Assembly: GCA_965228735.1 (NCBI GenBank)
Contig: OZ245838.1
Location: 800,001 to 864,000 of the forward strand
Length of the DNA stretch: 64,000 nucleotides
Direction of reading: 5' to 3'
From: Planctomycetota bacterium
GTDB taxonomy: Bacteria > Planctomycetota > UBA1135 > UBA2386
In this document: positions 8,978 through 18,684 of the stretch, piece after piece
Layout of the letters: each line of letters opens with the position of its first letter
How positions within the stretch are numbered: position 1 is the first letter of the stretch
The notes under the pieces: generated by a model
Databases searched by the model: none
The model's input: only the letters and a program-made list of their open reading frames with translations
Told to the model about the DNA's origin: nothing
Program-made: the position numbers and the translations under genes

Positions 8978-10428
8978 CTGCCGGCGATGATCTCGACCGA
9001 GGTGCGGGTGTTGAGCTTGAGGCGCGCGGTGTGGGCGACCTCGACGCCGGGGATCCACAGGATCCGGTCGGTCGCGTCGACGACGAGCGGCAGGCGGTCG
9101 CGGTCGAAGCGCGGCACGTGGCGGCTCTGCAGGAAGCGCCGGAGCAGCATCTCGTTCTCGGCGCCGAGCGGCCAGAACACGTCGCCCGGTCGGCGGGTGC
9201 GCAGGCGCCACGGCAGCGGCGCGGCGCGCGGATCGACGAGGGCGCGCAGGCGGCCGGCTTCGTTGGGTGACGGCACGAGCGGCGGCTGCGGATGCTCGAA
9301 CGCCTCGACCCAGAACTCGGTCGCGCCGAACCGTTGGCGGCCGCTGTCGAAGCGGAAGAGCTGGCCGCCGTCGTGCGTGCGCGGCGGCGGGCCGGCGCGG
9401 TCGGGGTCGACGACGAGCAGGCCGTCGCGGATGCGCTCGACGAGCAGGCCGCCGCGGCCCGCGAGGCGCTTGCCGTCCGGCTTGTCGAGCAGCGCGAGTG
9501 CGCGGTCGAGCCACGCGGAGAGCGGCGCTTCGCCGTGCGGGTGCAGCGCGACGTGCGCCTGACGCAGGGCCTCGCGCACGAACGGCTCCGCGTCGTGGTC
9601 CTCCTGCAGCTCGCGCAGGTCGAGCTCGAGGCGCCAGTTCGTGCGGTGCCGGGCCCGCTGCGTCAGGATGCGCAGGCCCTGGGCCTCGAGGATCTCGTTC
9701 GCCGCGCGGGCCGTGCTCGCGACCGTCATGAGCGCGACGTCGAGGCCGATCCCCATCGAGTCGCGCAGCGCCGGGATCGTCTCGAGCCGCAGCCGATTGC
9801 GGGCATAGCGCCGATCGCGGTTCGTGCTGTCCTCGTGCGCGGCCTCGCCGATCCGGCGCAGAACGGACTCGAGCGTCGACCGCCGGGTCTTCAGCAGCGG
9901 TCGCAGGAGCAGCACGCGCCGCCCGTCGCCGGCCAGCCAGCGGGCTTCGGGGATGCCCGCGAGGCCGCGTGGACCCGTGCCGCGCAGCATGCGGAAGAGG
10001 ACCGTCTCGAGGTTGTCGTCGGCGTGATGCCCGGTGAGCAGCGCGCCGGCCCGGTGTTCGTCGGCGACGCGCAGCAATTCGGCGTAGCGCTGCTCCCGCA
10101 GGGTGTCCTCGGCCGGCGGGCGCGCGGCTGGGTCGAAGGGCGTAGTCGTGAGGCGCCGCACCGTGAGCGGCACGTCGAGTCGATCGCACAGGTCCGCGAC
10201 GTGCTCGGCCGTCTCGCGGCTGTCTGCACGCACGCCATGGTCGACGTGCACCGCATGCAGCTGCCCCGGCAGCCGCCCCTGGCGCGCGAGTCGTTGCAGC
10301 GCGAGCAGCAGCACCGTGCTGTCGGTCCCGCCGGACACCGCCGCCACGACGGGGCGGTGCGTCGTCACGCTCTCGTAGCGCACCAGGCAGCGGGCGCAGG
10401 CGTCCTGCAGACGGGCGAAACTGTCCAT
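8971..10428 (-). CDS. tilS: tRNA(Ile)-lysidine synthase
   Basis: AVSGGTDS PP-loop, VDHGVR, GHHADDNLET, RGTG, LLRPLL, EDSTN...YARNRLR, and a TilS C-terminal domain (RTRRPGD...RDRLPLV). Confidence 0.95.
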   Translation of the reverse strand: MDSFARLQDACARCLVRYESVTTHRPVVAAVSGGTDSTVLLLALQRLARQGRLPGQLHAVHVDHGVRADSRETAEHVADLCDRLDVPLTVRRLTTTPFDPAARPPAEDTLREQRYAELLRVADEHRAGALLTGHHADDNLETVLFRMLRGTGPRGLAGIPEARWLAGDGRRVLLLRPLLKTRRSTLESVLRRIGEAAHEDSTNRDRRYARNRLRLETIPALRDSMGIGLDVALMTVASTARAANEILEAQGLRILTQRARHRTNWRLELDLRELQEDHDAEPFVREALRQAHVALHPHGEAPLSAWLDRALALLDKPDGKRLAGRGGLLVERIRDGLLVVDPDRAGPPPRTHDGGQLFRFDSGRQRFGATEFWVEAFEHPQPPLVPSPNEAGRLRALVDPRAAPLPWRLRTRRPGDVFWPLGAENEMLLRRFLQSRHVPRFDRDRLPLVVDATDRILWIPGVEVAHTARLKLNTRTSVEIIAGSG

Positions 10429-10503
10429 TGGCTTCGACTCGTTGCGCCGTACACTGCTTGCCCGAATCGCCAGCGATCGAGACTGGCAGCGGGGCTGCAA
10501 TAA

Positions 10504-11574
<1,071 letters not shown>

Positions 11575-11601
11575 AACACCACCGCCGAGCAGGCTCCCGC
11601 C

Positions 11602-12858
11602 ATGACCGAGTTCCGTCGACTCTCCGATCTCGCCCTCCAGGGCAACCGCGTCCTGATGCGCGTCGACTTCAACGTCCCCCAGGACAAGGCGACCGGTGCG
11701 ATCACCAACAACCAGCGCATCGTCGCCGCGTTGCCGACGATCCGGCACGCGCTCGCCGAGGGCGGTTCGGTCGTGCTCATGTCGCACCTCGGGCGGCCGA
11801 ACGGTGAGCGCCAGGAGAAGTTCTCGCTGCGCCCCGTCGCCGCCGAGCTCGAGAAGCTGCTCGAGCGCCCGGTCCAGTTCGTCGACGCGTGCGTCGGCGA
11901 ACGCGTCGCGGCGGTCTGCGGTCCGGACAAGCTCGAGCCGGGCAGCGTCGTGCTGCTCGAGAACGTGCGCTTCCACATCGAGGAGGAAGGCAAGCGCAGG
12001 GTCGAGAACGCGGACGGTTCGACGACGACGATCGCGGCGGACAGCGGCGCGATCGACGCGTTTCGCGCCGCGTTGGCGCAGAACGGCGACGTGTTCGTCA
12101 ACGACGCGTTCGGCACGTCGCACCGCGCGCACAGCTCCGTCGTCGGGCCGCCGGCGCACATCCCGGGCGCCGCGGGACTGCTGCTGCAACGCGAGCTCGA
12201 GGCGTTCGGCAAGGTTCTCAGGGCGCCGGAGCGCCCGTTCGTCGCGATCCTCGGCGGCGCCAAGGTCAGCGACAAGCTGCCCGTAATCGAGAACCTGCTC
12301 GAGAAGGTCGACACGCTGATCATCGGCGGCGCGATGGCGTACACGTTCCTCGCGGAGGCCGGTCTCACGACGGGCAAGTCGCTCGTCGAACCGGACCTGC
12401 TCGACGCCGCGGGCCGGGTCGTCGGGCTGGCGAAGTCGATGCAGAAGCAGCTGCTGCTGCCGTCCGATCACGTCTGCGCGCCGGAGTTCGCGGCCGACGC
12501 GCCGGCCACGATTCACGAGACCGAGGTGCCCGAAGGCCTAATGGGGCTCGACATCGGGCCTCAGACCGTGGCGCGCTACGTCGAAGCGCTGCAGGGCGCG
12601 CGCTCCGTCGTGTGGAACGGGCCGATGGGCGTGTTCGAGATGGACGCGTTCAGCAAGGGCACCGAGGCGGTCGCGCAGGCCGTCGCGGGAGCGACCGCCG
12701 CGGGCGCGTTCACCGTCGTCGGCGGCGGCGACTCGGTCGCCGCGGCCGAGAAGCTCGGCATCGTCGACCGGCTGTCGCACGTGTCGACGGGCGGCGGCGC
12801 GAGCCTCGAACTGCTCGAGGGCAAGTCGCTGCCGGGCGTCGCCGCGCTGAGCATCTGA
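11602..12858 (+). CDS. pgk: Phosphoglycerate kinase
   Basis: RVDFNVP, SHLGRP, NDAFGTSHRAHSS, GGAKVSDK, WNGPMGVFE, HVSTGGGASLELLEGK. Confidence 0.98.
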   Translation: MTEFRRLSDLALQGNRVLMRVDFNVPQDKATGAITNNQRIVAALPTIRHALAEGGSVVLMSHLGRPNGERQEKFSLRPVAAELEKLLERPVQFVDACVGERVAAVCGPDKLEPGSVVLLENVRFHIEEEGKRRVENADGSTTTIAADSGAIDAFRAALAQNGDVFVNDAFGTSHRAHSSVVGPPAHIPGAAGLLLQRELEAFGKVLRAPERPFVAILGGAKVSDKLPVIENLLEKVDTLIIGGAMAYTFLAEAGLTTGKSLVEPDLLDAAGRVVGLAKSMQKQLLLPSDHVCAPEFAADAPATIHETEVPEGLMGLDIGPQTVARYVEALQGARSVVWNGPMGVFEMDAFSKGTEAVAQAVAGATAAGAFTVVGGGDSVAAAEKLGIVDRLSHVSTGGGASLELLEGKSLPGVAALSI

Positions 12859-12866
12859 GTCCTCGC

Positions 12867-12890
12867 GCGGCCGCCGGCGCCGGCGGCTGC
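12867..12890. terminator. GC-rich hairpin between convergent pgk and HAD genes (possible bidirectional terminator)
   Basis: 10-bp stem gcggccgccg/cggcggctgc with loop gcgc; no U-tract. Confidence 0.4.
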
Positions 12891-12897
12891 TCGAACC

Positions 12898-13476
12898 TCA
12901 GATCTTCAGCGAGTACTCGAACTGGTTGAGCCGCGCGACGGCGTGCCACACGTCGTCCTCGGTGAAGTGCGGCTCGACGTAGAACTCGCCGTCCTGGCCG
13001 GCCTGGCCCGTGCGCACGAGGATGGTGCCGAGCTCGGCGCGCTGCGCCGCGAGGATGTCGCTCGTCGTGTGACCGATCATCCAGCAGCGCCTGAGGTCGA
13101 GGTCGAACTCCTGCTGCGCCATCTTGTAGATGCCGGGCCCGGGCTTGCGGAACACGCTCTCGCGCTTGAAGCGGCCGCGGCCCTTCGGGTGGTAGGGGCA
13201 GCTGTAGATCTTGGTGATCGGGATGCGCTCGTCCTGCATGCGGGCCAGGAAGGCCTCGCAGAACTTGGTGAACTCGCGTTCCTTGAGCTTGCCGAACGCG
13301 ATGTCGAGGCGGCTCGTGGCGATGAACAACCGGAACTGCTCGGTGTCGATGCGGCTCAAAGCCGTGACGGCGCGGTCGAGGAACGGCACGGTGCCGTCTT
13401 CTTGCAGGCGGGCCGTCTCGACGACGACGCCGTCGAGTTCGAAGAAGACGCCTTGCTGGTCGGGGATCTTGGCCAT
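12898..13476 (-). CDS. HAD-IIIA GmhB/histidinol-phosphatase-like protein with degenerate catalytic motifs
   Basis: CPYHP...RKPGPG and DLRRCWMIG..SDILAA...ILVRTG are GmhB hallmarks, but motif I reads FELDG and motif IV reads IGHTTSD. Confidence 0.85.
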   Translation of the reverse strand: MAKIPDQQGVFFELDGVVVETARLQEDGTVPFLDRAVTALSRIDTEQFRLFIATSRLDIAFGKLKEREFTKFCEAFLARMQDERIPITKIYSCPYHPKGRGRFKRESVFRKPGPGIYKMAQQEFDLDLRRCWMIGHTTSDILAAQRAELGTILVRTGQAGQDGEFYVEPHFTEDDVWHAVARLNQFEYSLKI

Positions 13477-13752
13477 CGGATCGTGGGGGATTCGGAGTCG
13501 TCGGTCGGCGGGTGGGAGGCGCCCGCGGTCGGGCGCTCAGGTGCCCATGGCATCGGCGCGATCCGGCCGCACCTTGATCGGCATGGAAAAATGCCTGGAT
13601 CCCCCTCTAGCCTGCCGCATTGGCAGGGTCCATTCCGGGCCAATGCGGTCGAAAGCAGACGTTTCTCCACGAATGGTGACCAGACCGCCCCAACTCCGCG
13701 TAGTGGCTGGCATACTGCGCGGACCGAGATCCTCGCAGCCCGTTACGCGACC

Positions 13753-14391
13753 TTGACCCGGCATCACGACAACGCCCTGATGAGACGCGTACAGGCTGGG
13801 GACCTGGAGGCGTTCGCGCACCTTGTCGAACGGTTCCAGAACATGGTGTACGGCCTGGCTTGTAGCATCTTGCGGCGACGCGAAGATGCCGAGGAAGCGG
13901 CGCAGGACGCGTTCCTGAAGCTGTATCGGGCCAGGGATTCGTTCGACGAGACCAAGAAGCTCGAGCCGTGGCTGCTGCGGATCGCGGGGAACGCGAGCCG
14001 GGACAAGTTGCGCCGGCGCCGCGTCGCCGAGCCCGCACGGACCCGCCAGGCCGCGGAACTGCCGGATCTCGCCGATCCGCGCACCGTCGGCCGCGGCGAG
14101 CACGACGGCCTGGATCGAGAACGGGTGCAGCAGGCCCTTGCCGACCTCAGCGAGAAGGTCCGGGTGCCGCTCGAGCTCAAGTATCTGCGCGGGCTGACGA
14201 ACGCCCAGATCGCGGCGTCGCTCGAGGTCTCCGTGAGCAACGTCAAGGTGCAGATCGCACGCGGCAAGGACATCCTGGCCAGCCGGCTGGGCGATGTCGT
14301 CGGCCGGAACGCTGCGAGCCGGAACGCTGCGGGCCGGAACGCTGCGGGCCGGAACGCCGAACGACGCGATGACGCGGGGGGGCAACGATGA
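13753..14391 (+). CDS. ECF RNA polymerase sigma factor (start TTG 13753 or ATG 13780)
   Basis: GDLEAFAHLVERF...DAEEAAQDAFLKLY...PWLLRIAGN (region 2) and LTNAQIAASLEVSVSNVKVQIARGK (region 4). Confidence 0.9.
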   Translation: MTRHHDNALMRRVQAGDLEAFAHLVERFQNMVYGLACSILRRREDAEEAAQDAFLKLYRARDSFDETKKLEPWLLRIAGNASRDKLRRRRVAEPARTRQAAELPDLADPRTVGRGEHDGLDRERVQQALADLSEKVRVPLELKYLRGLTNAQIAASLEVSVSNVKVQIARGKDILASRLGDVVGRNAASRNAAGRNAAGRNAERRDDAGGQR

Positions 14392-17054
14392 CGCGTCCGC
14401 TGCCGCAACCGCCCAACCCGGACGACCTCCGGCGTTACCCGCCCGCGTCGGCGGAGTGCGCGCGCATGCGCGGACTCATGCGCGACTTCGTGGATGGCGA
14501 CCTCCCGCCCGCGACCTATGGCGCGGTCGAAGAGCACGTGCACGACTGCCGCGACTGCGGCCTGGCGCTGGCGCGCGCCGAGCACGAGTTGCTGCAGGTG
14601 AAGCGGGTGTTCGCGGCGGGCGATGCCGAGGCCGAAGCGGCCCCGACCGGCTTCGTCGGCGCGGTCCTCGGGCGCCTCGTCGAATCGGGTGAAGCGCGGC
14701 TCGATGATTTCGAGGAGCTGGATGCCGAGGATCTGGATGCCGAGGATCTGGATGCCGGGGATCTGGATGCCGGGGAGCTGGCTGGCGATACGGCCGACGA
14801 GGAGTTCGTCGGTGCCGCGGACGCGCGCGACCCGGTGAGCCGCGACTCAGGAAGCGACTCAGGGCGCATCGCGGCATTGCTCGGCCGGTTCGTCGTGTCG
14901 ATGCCCGGCATCCTGACTGCCGCGGTCCTCGTGCTCGCAACGCTCGTCGTCGTGCAGAACTACCGGGCGGCGACGGCGATCGTGACGCCCGAACGGCTGC
15001 CGCGGCTCGTGATCACGAGCGCGGCGGACACCCACACCTTGTTCGGCGAGACCGACGTCCGGCTGCGTTCGGGTGACGGTGTCGGGAACGAGCACCTCGT
15101 CTGGGTCGGCGCGGACGGTCAGGCCAGGGCCGATTGGCACGACGCGACGGAGCAGAAGCAGCCCGCGGCCACGCTGCAGTTCGGCGGCAACTCGGCGGTG
15201 CGGCTCGTCGACGGCAAGCCCGTGCTCGTCAACGGCAAGCTGCAGGTCGCGGCGCGGCGCGCGTTCGGCTTCGCGGTGGCCAACGGCAGTCACCTCTCGC
15301 TCAGCGAGGGGACGTATCTACTCTCGGCGACGAGTGCGGCCGGTGAGCGCTGGGATCCGAAGCGCGGCGCGCCGATCGATCTCGAGGTTCGACTCGAGGT
15401 CCTCGATGGCGGCAGCGCGCTGATCGAGCGGGACGGCGCGACGATCGGCTTCGTCGGCGCGAGTTCGGTCGGCGTCTACAGTGACGGCTACGCCACGGTC
15501 GAGCGGTTGCCGTCGGCGTCCGCACCGGGGCCGGTGCGCGGCGAGGCGGGCGGCGCGATCGCGACGAACCAGGCCGGGCCGGGGTCGTTCACCGGTGCGG
15601 TCTACGAACGCAACGGTCACGTGGCCGGTGGCTCGAACGTGCTCGCGTCCTACCGCAGCGATCTGCAGGCGCACGCGCACGCGGCAACGGTTGGGCCGTC
15701 GGGGCTCTTCACGTTCGTCACCGGGATGGCGGGCCAGCCGGCGCTGTGCGACTCGGACTTCGCCGTGCTGCAGGTGCAGCCGCCGGCGGGACGTTCGGAC
15801 CTCGGTTTGCTGCCGCCCGATGCCTACCGGCTCGACCACAGCGGTGCGCACGCGCGCGTGCGCGGTTCGATCATCCTCGACGCCGCGCCGCCGTTCCTCG
15901 GTCGCGTAGTCATGAACGGCATCGGGGTGCGCGGGGCGCGCCTCGTGCCCGTCGTCGTCGACGAACTGTTCGGCGGCGTGCTGCCGTGGGCCGGTGGGGC
16001 CGTGGCGACGGACGACACCGGGCACTTCTCGGTGCGCGGGTTGCCGGCCGAGATGCCGGTGCACCAGCACATCGCGGTGGTCGTGGTGCATCCCGATCTC
16101 GAGCCGGCCGTGGTGCCCGTTCCGGATCGCGGGTCGGCGGCCGCGGGCCTGTTCGATGGCGTGATCGAGGTTCGGCCGCTGCGCTACGTGCGGCTCGAGT
16201 CGGTGTCGGCGGCGAACCAGCGGATCGAGATCTGGCAGGAGCTGCCGGGGTTGCCGGGAAGCTCCGCGGCGCGGTTGTTCACCGCGCAGGTGAACGCGTT
16301 CGGTTCCTTGCCGGCGGTACGCGTCGCACACCACGGCCGGTTGTACTTCCGCCGCGTGGATTCGAGCCAGGGTGACCTGCGACCACTCGTGCTCAGCAGT
16401 CCGATCGGGATTCCGACCTACCGGCCGGCGAACGGTGCACCCGTGCCGTTCCACTCGGTCTTCGCGATGTCGCAGGTGCTGCCCGGGACCCAATTGGCGT
16501 TCTCGCACGGCTACCGCCATCAGCACATCGCGGCGACGGCGTCCATCCAGGCTCGGCGCGAGATCTACGTGACCGAGGCGCTGTCCGGCAGCGTGGTCGG
16601 CGGGGCGCAGGTCTTCGCGCTCCAGCCGGGTGGGCCGCAGGATCGTTCGCGCGCCCGCTTCCTCGGGTTCACGTCGATGACCGGGGCGCTGAAGTACGAC
16701 ATTCAGGCCCACGACCTCGGCATCCACGTCGTGACCGCGGACGGTGCCGGGGTCACGGTCGGGCTCGGCGAGCTGCTCGCGGCGGACGGTTGGATTCGCA
16801 TGCCGGTCGCCGGTCGCGTGCTCGTCAACAGCAGCCTGCGGCCGCCGGTCGGTGAGCAGCAGTTCGTCAGCGCCCGCTTCGAGCGGATCGATCCGGAGCT
16901 CGGGGTCCGGCCCGCGTTCCACCGGTTCACGGGTGCGGGTCTGCCGGACGCGTGGGCGATGGGCGAGCTGCCGCCGGCGCTCTACCGCGTGACGCTGCGG
17001 GGCCAGCAGTTCGAGGTCACGGTGCGTCCGGGTCAGCTGACCGTGCTGCAGTAG
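14388..17054 (+). CDS. Large zinc-finger (zf-HC2) transmembrane anti-sigma factor with beta-rich periplasmic domains
   Basis: HVHDCRDC (HxxxCxxC) motif; one TM helix near aa 170-190; FecR-like and carboxypeptidase-regulatory-like segments; ATGA overlap with the sigma gene. Confidence 0.8.
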   Translation: MTRPLPQPPNPDDLRRYPPASAECARMRGLMRDFVDGDLPPATYGAVEEHVHDCRDCGLALARAEHELLQVKRVFAAGDAEAEAAPTGFVGAVLGRLVESGEARLDDFEELDAEDLDAEDLDAGDLDAGELAGDTADEEFVGAADARDPVSRDSGSDSGRIAALLGRFVVSMPGILTAAVLVLATLVVVQNYRAATAIVTPERLPRLVITSAADTHTLFGETDVRLRSGDGVGNEHLVWVGADGQARADWHDATEQKQPAATLQFGGNSAVRLVDGKPVLVNGKLQVAARRAFGFAVANGSHLSLSEGTYLLSATSAAGERWDPKRGAPIDLEVRLEVLDGGSALIERDGATIGFVGASSVGVYSDGYATVERLPSASAPGPVRGEAGGAIATNQAGPGSFTGAVYERNGHVAGGSNVLASYRSDLQAHAHAATVGPSGLFTFVTGMAGQPALCDSDFAVLQVQPPAGRSDLGLLPPDAYRLDHSGAHARVRGSIILDAAPPFLGRVVMNGIGVRGARLVPVVVDELFGGVLPWAGGAVATDDTGHFSVRGLPAEMPVHQHIAVVVVHPDLEPAVVPVPDRGSAAAGLFDGVIEVRPLRYVRLESVSAANQRIEIWQELPGLPGSSAARLFTAQVNAFGSLPAVRVAHHGRLYFRRVDSSQGDLRPLVLSSPIGIPTYRPANGAPVPFHSVFAMSQVLPGTQLAFSHGYRHQHIAATASIQARREIYVTEALSGSVVGGAQVFALQPGGPQDRSRARFLGFTSMTGALKYDIQAHDLGIHVVTADGAGVTVGLGELLAADGWIRMPVAGRVLVNSSLRPPVGEQQFVSARFERIDPELGVRPAFHRFTGAGLPDAWAMGELPPALYRVTLRGQQFEVTVRPGQLTVLQ

Positions 17055-17202
17055 TCCTCGGGGCGATCGCAGGGGTCAGAGGCGATCGCAGGGTCAGAAG
17101 AGGCGGCCGGCGCGGAAGATAGCGCGACGCGATTACCGAACTGGCACGTTCCCTGTCCGGCGACCGGTGGCGGTTCGGCCAGCGATGCGGTTGACTGATC
17201 CC

Positions 17203-18684
17203 ATGAGCGTCTCGCGTCGGCAATTCTGCACCACCGCGGCCGCGGGCCTCGCCGGGGCTTCCGCAGCCCGGGCGGGTGCCCTGGCCAGCTCCGCCGTTCC
17301 GTTCACTGCCGCGTCCCGCGCCCGCATCGTCGGCGCGAACGAGGCGCTGCGCGTCGGCGTCATCGGGTTCCGCAGCCGTGGCAAGAACCACATCGGGGGG
17401 CTCACCCGCCTCGCCGACGTGCGGCTCACCGCGCTCTGCGACGTCGACCGCAAGGTGCTCGGCACCGGCGTCGAGAAGCGCAAGGCGGCCGGCGACGACG
17501 TCGAGGGCTTCGTCGACGCGCGCAAGCTGCTCGACAGCGGCCGCTGTGACGCGATCGCCGTCGCGACGCCGAACCACACGCACGCGCTGCTCGGGGTCTG
17601 GGCCGCGCAGCGCGGCATCCACAGCTACCTCGAGAAGCCGATTGCGCACGACGTGTGGTCCGGCCGGCAGCTCGTCGCGGCGAGCAAGCAACACGAGGTC
17701 GTGATCCAGACCGGGTCGCAGTGCCGCAGCATGAAGTCGAACCACGACGTCATGGAGTTCCTGCGGCCCGGTGCGTCGAGTTCGGGCGGCACCGGGGTCG
17801 GCGAGCTCGGCCGCATCCTGCTCGCGCGCGGCCTGTGCTACAAGCCGCGCGGCAGCATCGGCAAGGTCGACGCGCCGCTCGATGCGCCGGAGCACGTCGA
17901 CTACGACCTGTGGCTCGGCCCGGCACCCGAGCAGAAGGTGCGCCGTCGGCAGTTCCACTACGACTGGCACTGGCAGTGGCACTACGGCAACGGGGACCTC
18001 GGCAACCAGGGCGTGCACCAGATGGACCTCGCGCTCTGGGCGATCGGCGAGGAGCGCATGCCGAAGCAGGTGCTCGGCGTCGGCGGGCGCTTCGGTTACG
18101 TCGACGACGGTGAAACGCCGAACACGCAGGTCGTCTGGTGCGACTACGACACCGCGCCGGTCGTGTTCGAGGTGCGTGGGCTGCCGAAGGGCAAGGGCAA
18201 GAAGGGTATGGACCGCTTCCTCGGTGCCGGGATCGGCGTCGTGATCCACTGCGAGCACGGCTACGTCGTGCTGACGTCCTACAACCGCGGGCACGCCTGC
18301 GACCTGCAGGGCAACGTCATCAAGAAGTTCGAGGGCGGCGGCAACCACTTCGAGAACTGGGTCGAGGCGATCCGGAAGAACGACCCGTCGCATCTCAACG
18401 CCGGCGTCGAGGTCGGGCACCGCAGCGCGGCGCTGTGTGACCTCGGCAACGCGAGCTACCGTGAGGGCGGTCAGCACCCGCGCGAGTCGGCGGCGAGCCG
18501 ACTCGCCGCGCTGCCGGAACTCAACGAGGCGTTCCTGCGCATGGAGCGGCACCTCGCGAGCAACGCCGTCGCGATGGACGGCGAGTGGCTGCGCGTCGGT
18601 GCGCTGCTGCGGCCGAAACCCGACGGCTCGGATCGGCCGCGGCCGAAGCAGCGTCCCGAGTTCGCGATCCCGGAGCTGTGCTGA
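17203..18684 (+). CDS. Tat-exported Gfo/Idh/MocA oxidoreductase
   Basis: SRRQF twin-arginine signal; VGVIG, ATPNHTHA, YLEKP, DYDLWLGPAP, GNGDLGNQGVH. Confidence 0.92.
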   Translation: MSVSRRQFCTTAAAGLAGASAARAGALASSAVPFTAASRARIVGANEALRVGVIGFRSRGKNHIGGLTRLADVRLTALCDVDRKVLGTGVEKRKAAGDDVEGFVDARKLLDSGRCDAIAVATPNHTHALLGVWAAQRGIHSYLEKPIAHDVWSGRQLVAASKQHEVVIQTGSQCRSMKSNHDVMEFLRPGASSSGGTGVGELGRILLARGLCYKPRGSIGKVDAPLDAPEHVDYDLWLGPAPEQKVRRRQFHYDWHWQWHYGNGDLGNQGVHQMDLALWAIGEERMPKQVLGVGGRFGYVDDGETPNTQVVWCDYDTAPVVFEVRGLPKGKGKKGMDRFLGAGIGVVIHCEHGYVVLTSYNRGHACDLQGNVIKKFEGGGNHFENWVEAIRKNDPSHLNAGVEVGHRSAALCDLGNASYREGGQHPRESAASRLAALPELNEAFLRMERHLASNAVAMDGEWLRVGALLRPKPDGSDRPRPKQRPEFAIPELC

